NCBI GenBank assembly: GCA_040752415.1
Contig: JBFMGU010000261.1
Coordinates: 1 to 14,763 of the forward strand
Direction of reading: 5' to 3'
Origin: Myxococcota bacterium
Lineage (GTDB): Bacteria; Myxococcota; JACRCW01
Length of the DNA stretch: 14,763 bases
How positions within the stretch are numbered: position 1 is the first letter of the stretch; every line of letters begins with the position of its first letter. Below, in pieces: positions 1 through 8,889 of the stretch. The notes beneath the pieces were generated by a model, which was not told the origin of the DNA, searched no databases, and was given only the letters and a program-made list of their open reading frames with translations. Position numbers and translations under genes: made by a program.

Positions 1-2
1 CG

Positions 3-3000
3 GAGCGCGCGCGCGCCAACCGGGCCCTCTCCGAGGCCAGCGGCGGTGGCCCGGTGGAGCCCCCCCGTCTCCGACGGAGCAACACCCCCGCGCCCACGCC
101 GTGGGTGCAGGCGGATCTCTCCGAGGCCACGCTGCGCACGGAGCTTTCGCCGCCACCGCCCACTCCCGCGCCGGCCTCCATGGAGGCCCCGGTCAACACC
201 GCGGTGGACCTGCCGCCCATCACCGACCCGGAGATTCCCGTCCGGGAGTCGCTCCCGCGTCCGGCTGCGCCCGGTGCGACGCGCGGACCCGCGGCGCCCA
301 TCGATCCCACCGACCTCGCCTTTGTTGAGCGCCTGTTCAACAGCATGGGCAGCCTCAACCTGGACGCGCCACCGGAGCTGAACACCGGCGAGATCTCCGT
401 GACGCGCGGGGAGGGCGTGGACCAGAAGCTGAACTTCCTCCGCGACAAGCTGCGTGAGCGCGAGAGGGACCTGCAACGGCTGGCCCGGCTGTGGCGCGCC
501 AAGGAGGCGGAGATCCGCGCCGCGCAGGACCGCGTGCAGCAGAAGGAGTCGGAGGTTGACGGCTACCTGCGCCAGATCCGCGACCTGCAGGACGAGGTGC
601 GTCGCGGGCAGGAGCTGCTGGCCGCCAAGGAAACGGAGATGGGCGCCAGCGTCGAGGGGCTCCTCACCGAGCGCGTGATGCTCGAGAAGGACCTCATCGA
701 GGTGGTGGCCAGCAAGGAGAAGGAGCTCCACGCCCTCAAGCGCCAGCGCACCGAGATGGAGAGCGCGCATGAGTCGCTCAAGCAGGAGCTGGTGGGGCGC
801 ATCTACGAGTGGGAAGGCGCCTACCGGGAGCTGGACAACCGCCTGCGCATGACGGTGGGCCAGGGCCTGGCCATCACCGAGGATCTCTACACCCGTCTCG
901 ACGAGGCGCGCGCCCGTCTCTCCGCTTCCCGTCAGCACGCCGCCCGGCTGCAGTCGCGCATTGCCATCCTGCTGACGCAGCGTACCCGTACGCGCATTGA
1001 GCAGCGTGACCTGCTCGACGCCATTGACGTCAGCTACCGCGCCCTGCTCGACGACAGTGCCTCGCTGCGCGCGCACCTGCTCCATGCCACCGACGAGCTG
1101 AGGCTCGCCCGCGGGGAGGCCAGTGGCCAGCTCGCGGAGATGCAGACCGTCATCCATGAGCTCGACCAGGAGCGCGCGGCGGTGGAGCGCCGACTGCTCG
1201 TGGTGGAAGCGTGGCTGACCCACAAGCTGCGTGTCCGCGACGAGGAGATTGCGCGCCTGCAGGCCTTCCTCCGTCATGAGCACGCGCTGCGCACGGAGGT
1301 GCAGGAACGTCTCCGCTCGCAGGAGCTGGCCGCGGAGCAGCTCTTCCGTGAGCTGGATGAGGACCTGGATGACGCCCGCGCGGAAGCCGGTGCGCTGGCC
1401 TGGCTGCGTTCCCGCGACAACGCCGCCGCCGAGGACCTGGTGCTGGGCCTGCGCGCGCAGGTGCAGAAGCTCACCGACGAGCTTCTGGCCAAGGACCTCA
1501 AGGTGGAGGAGCTGGTTGGCGGCATTGACACCGCGGAGGTGGAGCGCGCGCGCCTGCAGGAGAGCGCCGAGGCCGCACTGGCCGACCGCGAGAAGCGCAT
1601 CAACGAGCTGCAGACACGACTGGCGGAAGGTCAGGCCAGGCTGCTGGAGGGCAATGAGAAGCGCGCCGGATTGGAGCGCACCATTGCCGCGCGCGACACC
1701 ACCATCCGCGAGCTCAACACCCGCCTCGACGAGTCGGCGGAGCACGTCAGCGCGCTGGAGAACACGCGCACCCAGAATGAAGGCCAGATCCGCACGCTCA
1801 CGGTGCGCCTGGAGGAGCGCGAGCGGACCCTGGCCCAGCGCGACAGCCAGATCCTCGCCCTGAAAGCGGACCTGCAGAAGGAGCAGGAGCGGGTGGAGAG
1901 CCTGCAGGCCGAGCTCACCGCGCGCGAGGAGGAGGTGCGCGTCAAGGGCCTGGAGATCCGCAACCTCGACGCGGCGCTCAAGCGGAAGGTCGCCGAGATC
2001 GAGGAGATGGACCAGATGCGCCTGAACATGCAGGCGTCGCTGGGCCGCGGCCAGGAGCAGGTGGATCAGCTCAAGGCGCGCCTCAAGGACTCCACCGCCC
2101 AGCTCGCCGCGCGCGACAGCAACATCGGCCGGCTGCAGGCGGAGGTGGCGCGCTTCAACGAGGAGAGCCAGCAATGGCAGCGCACCGCCGACGACCGCCA
2201 GGCGGCCATCCACCAGATGGAAGCCATGCTGCAGAAGGCGGACGAGGAGCAGCTCAACGCCGCCGCCCGTCAGCGCGCGCTGGAGAGCGAGGTGCAGGCG
2301 GAGCGCGCCGAGGCCGGGAAGCTCCGCGCGGAGGTGGCCGCGCGCGACGAGCAGATCCAGCAGGCCAAGAACCGCTTGGCGCAGGCGGTGGCGGAGCGCC
2401 TGGAGGTGGATGGGCAGCTGGAGGCGGCGCAGGCGGAGAGCGCGCGGCGGGATGCGCAGATTGCGGAGCTGCGGAATCAGCTGGAGGAGCGCAAGCGCGC
2501 CGTGGCCGCCGTGGAGGCGGAGCTGGATGCGCGGGGACGGGAGCAGGCGCGCCTGGAGGGCCGCATCCAGACGCTGCAGGGAGAGCTTGAAGCAGAGCGC
2601 ACCCAACTGGCCCAGCGCGTCTCCGAGCGCGACACCGCGCAACAACAGCTGGCCGCCGTGCAGGTCGAGCTCGACGCCGAACGCGCCTCCGCACGGGAGA
2701 AGCAGGCCGAGATCAACCGGCTCTCCACCATGCTCGCCGCGCTCCAGGACGCGCAGGCCAAGCTGGCCGGGCGAGAGGGCGAGCATGCGCGGGCGCTCAG
2801 CGAGACCCAGGCGGAGATGCACCGCCTCCTCGAGACCATTGCCCAGCGCGACGCCGCCCTGAAGTCCGCGGAGCTGCGCCTGCGTGAGCGCGAGGAGTTC
2901 TCCCGTCAGCAGGCCGCGGAGCTGGAGGCGCTGCAGCGCGTGGCGGCGGAGAAGACCGCGCTCGTCGAGGATCTGCAGCGTTTGCAGGTGGAAGCAGAGA

Positions 3001-4463
3001 AGAACCTCAGCACCAGCACCACCAACCTGGACTCCCTCAAGGAGGAGCGCGACGCGCTGGCCGAGGAGCTCTTCCTGGCCCAGCAGCAGGCCAAGCGCGA
3101 CCAGGATGCCATTGCCGCTGGCCTGGAGCGCCTCAAGCAGACCCAGGCTGCGGAGAAGCTCTTGCGCGAGGAGCTGGCCAACGCCGCCGCGGAAGCCAAC
3201 CGCCAGGCCAGGGACGCCGAGGAGCGGGCCAAGAAGATGCTCGCCGAGCTGGCGGCCATGCGCGGGGAGCGCGACGCGGCCACCATCATGGCCAACCAGC
3301 TCCAGGAGGCGCTGCGCTCCCTGGAGGAGGTCCACAAGGACCACGAACGCGCGCGTTCGACACTCGCCGGACGCGAGGCCGCGCTCAACAAGCAGCTCTC
3401 CGAGGCCAAGGCCCGACTGGCGCAGCTGGAGAAGGCCACCACCGAGCTCACCCGGGAGAAGAACGAACTCGCCGACGCCACCGCGGAGCTGCAAGCCGAG
3501 CTGGAGGCCGCGCAGGGTGGTCGCGCCATCGAGTCCGATCTGCGTCAGAAGGCCCAGGAGGAGCGCAGCCGCGCCGACGCCACGCTGAAGGAAGCCCAGG
3601 CCGAGCTGGAAGCCTGGAAGCTCAAGGCGGAAGAGCGCTCGCACGAGCTGGAGCGGATGGGCGCACGCCTGGAGGCCGAGAAGGACACGCGCCTGCAGAC
3701 GGAGGAGTCCCTCAACCAGGTCAAGGCGCGGGTGGAAGCGTTGGAGCAGGAGGCCACCGCACGCGCCGCGCAGCTTGCCGAGGTGGAACGCCTCCGCACC
3801 GCCGCCGCCACCAAGGCCACCCAGCTGGAGCGCAAGCTGCAGGCCGTGCAGGGACAGCTCACCAGCTCCACGTCGTTGTTGGAGCAGCAGGTGGCGGAGG
3901 TGCAGGCCCGTCTCACCGAGCAGAACCAGGCCTTCGCCAATGAGAAGACGGAGCTGCAGAAGCGCATCCAGGAAGGGGAGGCTGCGCGGGCCCGCGCCGA
4001 GGCCGCCGCGCGCAAGAGCCAGGACGAGAAGGAAGCGTTGCGTCGCAATGCCACCGTGAAGCTGCAGCAGCTCACCGAGAAGCTGAAGGACGCCGAGAAC
4101 CGCGCCGCGGAGGCGCAGCAGACCGCGAGCGCCCGCACCCAGGCCGCGCAGGAGCTGGACGCGTTGCGCACCGCCGCGCAGAAGGCCCGCGTGGAGCGCG
4201 ACGCGCTGCGGAAGGAATCGCAGGCCAAGGTGCAGTCGCTGCAGTCCCGGATTGACCGGCTGACGCGCGCGCTCGTCGAGGCGGGCGTGCCCATCCTGCC
4301 CTCCATGCTCTCCGACACGCCGGAGCCGCAGGCCGCCCCACGCGTGGTCACGCGCCCGGATGTCACCCTGCCCGACGAGAACGCGGCGACGCAGATGGGG
4401 CGCAACCCGTTCCTGGAAGAGCAGCTGACCAACGGCGGTGGCCGCCCCAAGAGCTCATCATGA
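3..4463 (+). CDS. aglZ: AglZ-like giant coiled-coil protein (adventurous gliding motility), 5'-truncated by the window edge
   Basis: The frame is open from base 3 (ERARANRALSEASGGGPVE...), so the GTG at 54 is probably internal. A Pro-rich linker is followed by roughly 1300 aa of E/L/A/Q/R-rich coiled coil and a Pro-rich tail. The blocks DLAFVERLFNSM, KLNFLRDKLRERERDLQRLARLW and GASVEGLL...EKDLIEVVASKEK (about nt 312-722) closely match my recollection of M. xanthus AglZ (DRAFLDRTFQSI...EKDLIEVVASKEK). The N-terminal receiver domain expected for AglZ would lie upstream of the window. Confidence 0.8.
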   Translation, partial: ERARANRALSEASGGGPVEPPRLRRSNTPAPTPWVQADLSEATLRTELSPPPPTPAPASMEAPVNTAVDLPPITDPEIPVRESLPRPAAPGATRGPAAPIDPTDLAFVERLFNSMGSLNLDAPPELNTGEISVTRGEGVDQKLNFLRDKLRERERDLQRLARLWRAKEAEIRAAQDRVQQKESEVDGYLRQIRDLQDEVRRGQELLAAKETEMGASVEGLLTERVMLEKDLIEVVASKEKELHALKRQRTEMESAHESLKQELVGRIYEWEGAYRELDNRLRMTVGQGLAITEDLYTRLDEARARLSASRQHAARLQSRIAILLTQRTRTRIEQRDLLDAIDVSYRALLDDSASLRAHLLHATDELRLARGEASGQLAEMQTVIHELDQERAAVERRLLVVEAWLTHKLRVRDEEIARLQAFLRHEHALRTEVQERLRSQELAAEQLFRELDEDLDDARAEAGALAWLRSRDNAAAEDLVLGLRAQVQKLTDELLAKDLKVEELVGGIDTAEVERARLQESAEAALADREKRINELQTRLAEGQARLLEGNEKRAGLERTIAARDTTIRELNTRLDESAEHVSALENTRTQNEGQIRTLTVRLEERERTLAQRDSQILALKADLQKEQERVESLQAELTAREEEVRVKGLEIRNLDAALKRKVAEIEEMDQMRLNMQASLGRGQEQVDQLKARLKDSTAQLAARDSNIGRLQAEVARFNEESQQWQRTADDRQAAIHQMEAMLQKADEEQLNAAARQRALESEVQAERAEAGKLRAEVAARDEQIQQAKNRLAQAVAERLEVDGQLEAAQAESARRDAQIAELRNQLEERKRAVAAVEAELDARGREQARLEGRIQTLQGELEAERTQLAQRVSERDTAQQQLAAVQVELDAERASAREKQAEINRLSTMLAALQDAQAKLAGREGEHARALSETQAEMHRLLETIAQRDAALKSAELRLREREEFSRQQAAELEALQRVAAEKTALVEDLQRLQVEAEKNLSTSTTNLDSLKEERDALAEELFLAQQQAKRDQDAIAAGLERLKQTQAAEKLLREELANAAAEANRQARDAEERAKKMLAELAAMRGERDAATIMANQLQEALRSLEEVHKDHERARSTLAGREAALNKQLSEAKARLAQLEKATTELTREKNELADATAELQAELEAAQGGRAIESDLRQKAQEERSRADATLKEAQAELEAWKLKAEERSHELERMGARLEAEKDTRLQTEESLNQVKARVEALEQEATARAAQLAEVERLRTAAATKATQLERKLQAVQGQLTSSTSLLEQQVAEVQARLTEQNQAFANEKTELQKRIQEGEAARARAEAAARKSQDEKEALRRNATVKLQQLTEKLKDAENRAAEAQQTASARTQAAQELDALRTAAQKARVERDALRKESQAKVQSLQSRIDRLTRALVEAGVPILPSMLSDTPEPQAAPRVVTRPDVTLPDENAATQMGRNPFLEEQLTNGGGRPKSSS

Positions 4464-4482
4464 CCACCGCCCGAGGTCGGAA

Positions 4483-5364
4483 GTGAAACGCCGCCCCCGC
4501 ATCCTGGTGGTGTTCAAGAAGAGCGCCTACCAGGTCTACGCGCTGGAGAAGCGTGAGAAGAAGGTCCGCTCGCTCATCCGTCGCCACGCGGCGTCCATGG
4601 AGAAGCTCACCCAGGCGCACCAGGCCCACAATGAGGCGCTGGACGCCGTGGCCAACGCCGCGGAAGCCGCCGGTGCCGAGGTGCGGCTTGTCTACCGCGC
4701 CCACCTGCGCAAGACCACCAACGTGGATCTCGTCGTCACGGTGGGCGGGGATGGCACCCTGCTGGACGCGAGCCACCGCGTCGACGGCGTGCCCCTCCTG
4801 GGCGTGAACTCCAATCCCGCCAGCAGCGTTGGTTTCCTCACCGGCGCCACCAAGGACACGTTCCCGTTGGTGCTGGACCAGGTGCTGCGCGGTCGTCTTG
4901 AGCCGCTGACGCTGCTGCGCCTGGACGTGCTCCTCAACGAGCGCAGCCTGGGCACGCCCGTCCTCAACGACGTGCTCATCTGTCACAGCAATCCCGCCGC
5001 CACCAGCCGCTACGCGCTCCGCAACGGCCACCGCAGCGAGGAGCAGAAGAGCAGTGGCATCTGGGTGGCCACGCCGGCGGGCAGCACCGCGGCCATCCTC
5101 TCGGCGGGGGGACAGCAGGATGAGCTCACCGCGCAGCGCTTCCAGTACCGCGTGCGTGAGCCCTACGCGCCGCCCGGCGTGAAGCTGGACCTGGTGCACG
5201 GATTCGTGACGCCACCCGCGGAGCTCGTCGTGGAGAGCTACATGCGGCAGGGCGCGGTGTTCCTGGACGGCTCCCACATCCGCTACGCCATGGGCATGGG
5301 TGACGAGGTGATCGTCAAGGCGCACGAGTCACCGTTGCACCTGTACCGGCCCGCCCGCGCGTGA
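4483..5364 (+). CDS. NAD(+)/NADH kinase
   Basis: Motifs VTVGGDGTLL, LGVN, LND and ATPAGSTA..LSAGG. The start is reassigned to the in-frame GTG at 4483, which has GAGGT at 4473-4477 as a ribosome-binding site. It lies 19 nt after the aglZ-like stop, so the two are probably co-transcribed. 293 aa. Confidence 0.92.
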   Translation: MKRRPRILVVFKKSAYQVYALEKREKKVRSLIRRHAASMEKLTQAHQAHNEALDAVANAAEAAGAEVRLVYRAHLRKTTNVDLVVTVGGDGTLLDASHRVDGVPLLGVNSNPASSVGFLTGATKDTFPLVLDQVLRGRLEPLTLLRLDVLLNERSLGTPVLNDVLICHSNPAATSRYALRNGHRSEEQKSSGIWVATPAGSTAAILSAGGQQDELTAQRFQYRVREPYAPPGVKLDLVHGFVTPPAELVVESYMRQGAVFLDGSHIRYAMGMGDEVIVKAHESPLHLYRPARA

Positions 5365-5365
5365 T

Positions 5366-6718
5366 TCACCCGCGCTTGTCCAGGCGCGCGGCAAAGAACC
5401 CGTCGACGTCGTGACGGTGCGGCCACAGCGCCAGCATCCCATCCTCCAGCGTGTCCGCCGGTGTGCCGGGCGGCGTCCCCAATGCGAACCCAGGGTGAGC
5501 TGACAGGAATGACTTCACCTGTGCGGGCCCCTCCGCCGTCGACACCGAGCACACGCTGTAGATGAGCGTGCCACCGGGCTTGAGCAGCCGCGCGGAGGCC
5601 TCCAGCAACCTTGCTTGCAGCTCCACCAGCCGCTGCACGTCCGCCTCCTGCCGACGCAGCCGGATCTCCGGTCGACGCGCGAGCAGCCCCGTCCCCGTGC
5701 ACGGCGCGTCCAGCAGGATCACGTCGGCACACGCCTCGACGAAGGGCGGCTGCGCCGCGTCCTGCGACACCGCCAGCGCGTGCAGCCCCTGCCGCTTCCA
5801 CTGCCGTTGCGCGAGGTGCAGCTTGTCGACGTGGATGTCCCCCGAGATCACCCGTTGCCCGCGGGCCAGCAGGATGGCGCTCTTGCCGCCCGGCGCCGCG
5901 CACATGTCCAGCACCCGCGCATTCTCCCGACGCTGCGCCACCTGCAGCGCCCATCCCGCCACCACCTGGCTCGCGGCGTTCTGCACCATGGCCCGGCCCT
6001 CCTGCACCACCGCCAGCTCCTCGATGGCGCCGGGGGAGCCCTGCAGCACCACACCGGTCTCCGTCAGCGGATGCGCCGCGGCCTCCACGCCGGCCTGCTT
6101 GAGCTGCTGGAGCACGTCGTCACGCGCGGTGGCGCCGCCGGGCACGCACAGGTGGACCGCCTGTTTCGCCAGACTGGCCGCGCCAAACTTCTCGGCCTCG
6201 TCGGGACCCAGTCGCGTGAGCACGTCGTGGGCCAGCCACGTGGGCAGGCCGTAGCGCGCCACCAGGCCGGGAACGCCCTTTTCCGACGAGGGGAGCAGGG
6301 CGCCGGAGTCGCGCAGCCGCAGCATGCCGCGCAGCACGCCGTTGACGAAGCGACCTCCCGGCTCGCCGCGGATGCGCTTGGCGTGGTTCACCGCCTCGTT
6401 GACCAGCGCGTGATCAGGCGTGCCCAGGCGCAGCGCCTCGTATGCGGCAATACGCAACAGGTCCAGCGTGGGCTCGTCCAGCTTCTTGAGCGGGCGGTTC
6501 GCGGCCTGCTGGATGGCGTCGTCGAGGGCGTGCAGGTGACGCAACGTGCCGTACACCAGCTCCGTGGCAAAGCCCTTGTCTGACGGAGACAGCCCCGTCC
6601 GGGACAGCGCACTGCCCAAGGCCAGGCTCACGTACGCCCCCTCCCGCACCACGCGTCCGACGACACCGGCAGCCAGGGTGCGCGCACTCAGCGGGGCGCG
6701 GGAAGGTCGTGAGGCCAT
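5366..6718 (-). CDS. rsmB: 16S rRNA m5C967 methyltransferase RsmB/Sun (NusB-like N-terminal domain + SAM-dependent methyltransferase)
   Basis: N-terminal ELVYGTLR...LD...LLRIAAYE...ALVNEAV...FVNGVLR (NusB/RsmB domain), SAM-binding motif VLDMCAAPGGKS, DAPCTGTG...RRPEIR, GGTLIYSVCS and a C-terminal DGFFAARL. ATG at 6718 with GGAG about 6 nt upstream. 450 aa. Confidence 0.93.
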   Translation of the reverse strand: MASRPSRAPLSARTLAAGVVGRVVREGAYVSLALGSALSRTGLSPSDKGFATELVYGTLRHLHALDDAIQQAANRPLKKLDEPTLDLLRIAAYEALRLGTPDHALVNEAVNHAKRIRGEPGGRFVNGVLRGMLRLRDSGALLPSSEKGVPGLVARYGLPTWLAHDVLTRLGPDEAEKFGAASLAKQAVHLCVPGGATARDDVLQQLKQAGVEAAAHPLTETGVVLQGSPGAIEELAVVQEGRAMVQNAASQVVAGWALQVAQRRENARVLDMCAAPGGKSAILLARGQRVISGDIHVDKLHLAQRQWKRQGLHALAVSQDAAQPPFVEACADVILLDAPCTGTGLLARRPEIRLRRQEADVQRLVELQARLLEASARLLKPGGTLIYSVCSVSTAEGPAQVKSFLSAHPGFALGTPPGTPADTLEDGMLALWPHRHDVDGFFAARLDKRG

Positions 6719-6744
6719 GCGGGGCTCCCAGGGAAAGGGCGGGC

Positions 6745-6774
6745 AGGCTAGTCGCTGCGCCCCGCCGCTGTCAG
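6745..6774 (-). promoter_or_regulatory. Candidate sigma70-type promoter for rsmB
   Basis: Minus strand reads CTGACA (6774-6769), 18 nt spacer, TAGCCT (6750-6745), 26 nt upstream of the rsmB ATG. Pattern match only. Confidence 0.4.
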
Positions 6775-6857
6775 GCACCCGCGTCCCCCGTGCGGTTGCA
6801 TGCTCACGCTTCCGCGTCGTAGAGGGTTCCCGTCTCTGTCTGCCGAGGGCAAATTCG

Positions 6858-7799
6858 ATGCGAGGAACCGCGCTGATCTACAGCTCCCACAACCGGGGCG
6901 ACTACATCCACAACGACTTCATCGTGCAGCGCGCGCTGCAGGGCCGCGACAACAAGCGCATCCTGTTCCTCCCCATGAGCGAGACGCCGCAGAACGGCAG
7001 CGAGATGGAGCGCCAGGAGTTCAGCTGGGGCGGCTTCCGTTGGTACTTCGACTTCTTCAAGAAGTACGGCCTCGAATATTTCCCGTTCTACTGGTCCAGC
7101 AACATGCAGAAGTCCGACGTGGACCTGCTCTGGAAGTACATCTGGGAAAGTGAAGTGGTCATCCTGGGCGGTGGCCACAGCAACACCGGCTATGCGCGCT
7201 ACTGCGAGCTGGGCGCCCGCTTTGACGGCGAGTACGACAAGTTCCGTCGTCTGCTGCATGAGCGTCAGCAGCGCGGCCTGCTCACCGTGGGCTTCTCCGC
7301 CGGCGCCGACCAGCTCTGCGAGTTCCGCCTCTCCGCCGCGTTCCGCCAGCTCCACGACCCGCGCGGCTTCGCCCTGGCGCGCAACACCATGGTCACGCTG
7401 CACCATGAGGCCGGCAATACCGGCGACCTCTGGGAGATGGCCCGCAAGTTCCCGCAGTGCATGGTGTACGGCCTGCCCAATGACAGCGGCATCTACGTGG
7501 AGCAGGGCTGGCTTCCGTCGGGGAACAGCTGGCAGGTCACGCGGTTTGTCATTGACCGGAGCTGGAGCATTCCGAACGAGCAGTACCACGTGAAGACGCG
7601 TCACGGCGCGCTCATCGACCACATCGGCCCGGACGGTCGTCACTGGGCCTTCAACGACGGCGACATGCTGGTGCGCGTGCAGAGCCCGGACAACTTCTTC
7701 CACGAGGCGTGGATGGTCCTGGGCGGCCGGCTGGTGCACTACTGGACGCAGCGCCCCAGCCGGTACGACAGCGTGGGCGAAGTTCTCGCCGCGCACTGA
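6858..7799 (+). CDS. Peptidase S51 family (peptidase E/cyanophycinase-like, class I glutamine amidotransferase-like fold) protein
   Basis: ILFLP, VVILGGGH and the nucleophile elbow GFSAGA (GxSAG), with a candidate catalytic His in VTLHH. ATG at 6858 with GAGGG at 6845-6849. The longer start in the ORF track overlaps rsmB. 313 aa. Confidence 0.75.
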   Translation: MRGTALIYSSHNRGDYIHNDFIVQRALQGRDNKRILFLPMSETPQNGSEMERQEFSWGGFRWYFDFFKKYGLEYFPFYWSSNMQKSDVDLLWKYIWESEVVILGGGHSNTGYARYCELGARFDGEYDKFRRLLHERQQRGLLTVGFSAGADQLCEFRLSAAFRQLHDPRGFALARNTMVTLHHEAGNTGDLWEMARKFPQCMVYGLPNDSGIYVEQGWLPSGNSWQVTRFVIDRSWSIPNEQYHVKTRHGALIDHIGPDGRHWAFNDGDMLVRVQSPDNFFHEAWMVLGGRLVHYWTQRPSRYDSVGEVLAAH

Positions 7800-7899
7800 C
7801 GCACTTCCCCGCTGCCTCGGCGGGCAACCTGCGCTAAGAAGGCGCCCCCGTTGCCACCCACGCGAGAACCCCGGGTGGGCACGGTGAGGGAGCCTCCCC

Positions 7900-8889
7900 A
7901 TGACGGTGGACATCCAGGCCATCAACGAGCGCATCCAGAAGGAAAGCGCGTTCGTGGACCAGGTCCTGACGGAGACCCAGAAGGTCATCGTCGGGCAGAA
8001 GAACATGGTGGAGCGGGTGCTCATTGGCCTGCTCACCGGCGGTCACGTTCTCCTCGAGGGCGTGCCCGGTCTGGCCAAGACCCTGACGGTCAACACCATT
8101 GCGCGCTCGCTGCATTGCAGCTTCAAGCGCATCCAGTTCACGCCGGACCTGCTGCCCGCGGACCTCATTGGCACGCAGATCTATGACCCGGAGACGCGTC
8201 GCTTCAGCCCCAAGCAGGGCCCCATCTTCGCCAACGTGGTCCTCGCCGACGAGGTGAACCGCGCCCCCGCCAAGGTGCAGAGCGCGCTGCTGGAGGCCAT
8301 GCAGGAGCGCCAGGTCACCATTGGCGACCAGACCTTCCCGCTGCCTGACCCGTTCCTCGTGCTGGCCACGCAGAACCCCATTGAGCAGGAAGGAACCTAT
8401 CCGCTGCCGGAAGCGCAGGTGGACCGGTTCATGATGCTCATCAAGGTGGGCTACCCCACGCGTGACGACGAGCGCGTCATCATGGACCGCCAGACCGTGG
8501 GCACTCCCACGCGCACCGAGCCGGTGGTGACGCTGGACCAGGTGCGCGCCGCGCGCGAGGTGGTGCGCGACGTGTACATGGACGAGCGTATCAAGAACTA
8601 CATCGTGAACCTGGTGATGGCCTCGCGTGAGCCGGAGAGCGTGGGGCTGCGGGAGATCAAGCCGCTGGTGGCCTTTGGCGCCTCGCCGCGTGCGTCCATT
8701 GCGCTGAACCTGGCGGCGCGGGCGCACGCATTCCTGCGTCACCGCGGCTTCGTCACCCCTGACGACGTCAAGGCCGTGGGCCTGGAGGTCCTGCGCCACC
8801 GCATCCTGCTGACCTTCGAGGCGGAAGCCGAGGAGATCACCAGCGACGAGGTGGTGCGCAAGCTGTTCGAGAAGGTGGAAGTGCCCTGA
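7900..8889 (+). CDS. moxR: MoxR-family AAA+ ATPase
   Basis: GHVLLEGVPGLAKT (Walker A), RIQFTPDLLPADLIGT, LADEVNRAPAKVQSALLEAMQE (Walker B), ATQNPIEQEGTYPLPEAQVDRF and GASPRAS. GAGGGAG upstream as a ribosome-binding site. Confidence 0.96.
   Translation: MTVDIQAINERIQKESAFVDQVLTETQKVIVGQKNMVERVLIGLLTGGHVLLEGVPGLAKTLTVNTIARSLHCSFKRIQFTPDLLPADLIGTQIYDPETRRFSPKQGPIFANVVLADEVNRAPAKVQSALLEAMQERQVTIGDQTFPLPDPFLVLATQNPIEQEGTYPLPEAQVDRFMMLIKVGYPTRDDERVIMDRQTVGTPTRTEPVVTLDQVRAAREVVRDVYMDERIKNYIVNLVMASREPESVGLREIKPLVAFGASPRASIALNLAARAHAFLRHRGFVTPDDVKAVGLEVLRHRILLTFEAEAEEITSDEVVRKLFEKVEVP

Noticed and set aside
3..4463. SMC/SbcC or phage tape-measure interpretation of the giant coiled-coil gene
   Set aside because: There is no hinge domain, no C-terminal LSGG/Walker B and no phage context, whereas an AglZ-like block is present.
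4460..4463. ATGA overlap at the aglZ-like stop as the NAD kinase start
   Set aside because: That ATG is not in the kinase reading frame. GTG 4483 is in frame and has a ribosome-binding site.
6546..6857. N-terminal extension of the peptidase ORF
   Set aside because: It overlaps rsmB on the opposite strand and the divergent promoter region. ATG 6858 has a good ribosome-binding site.
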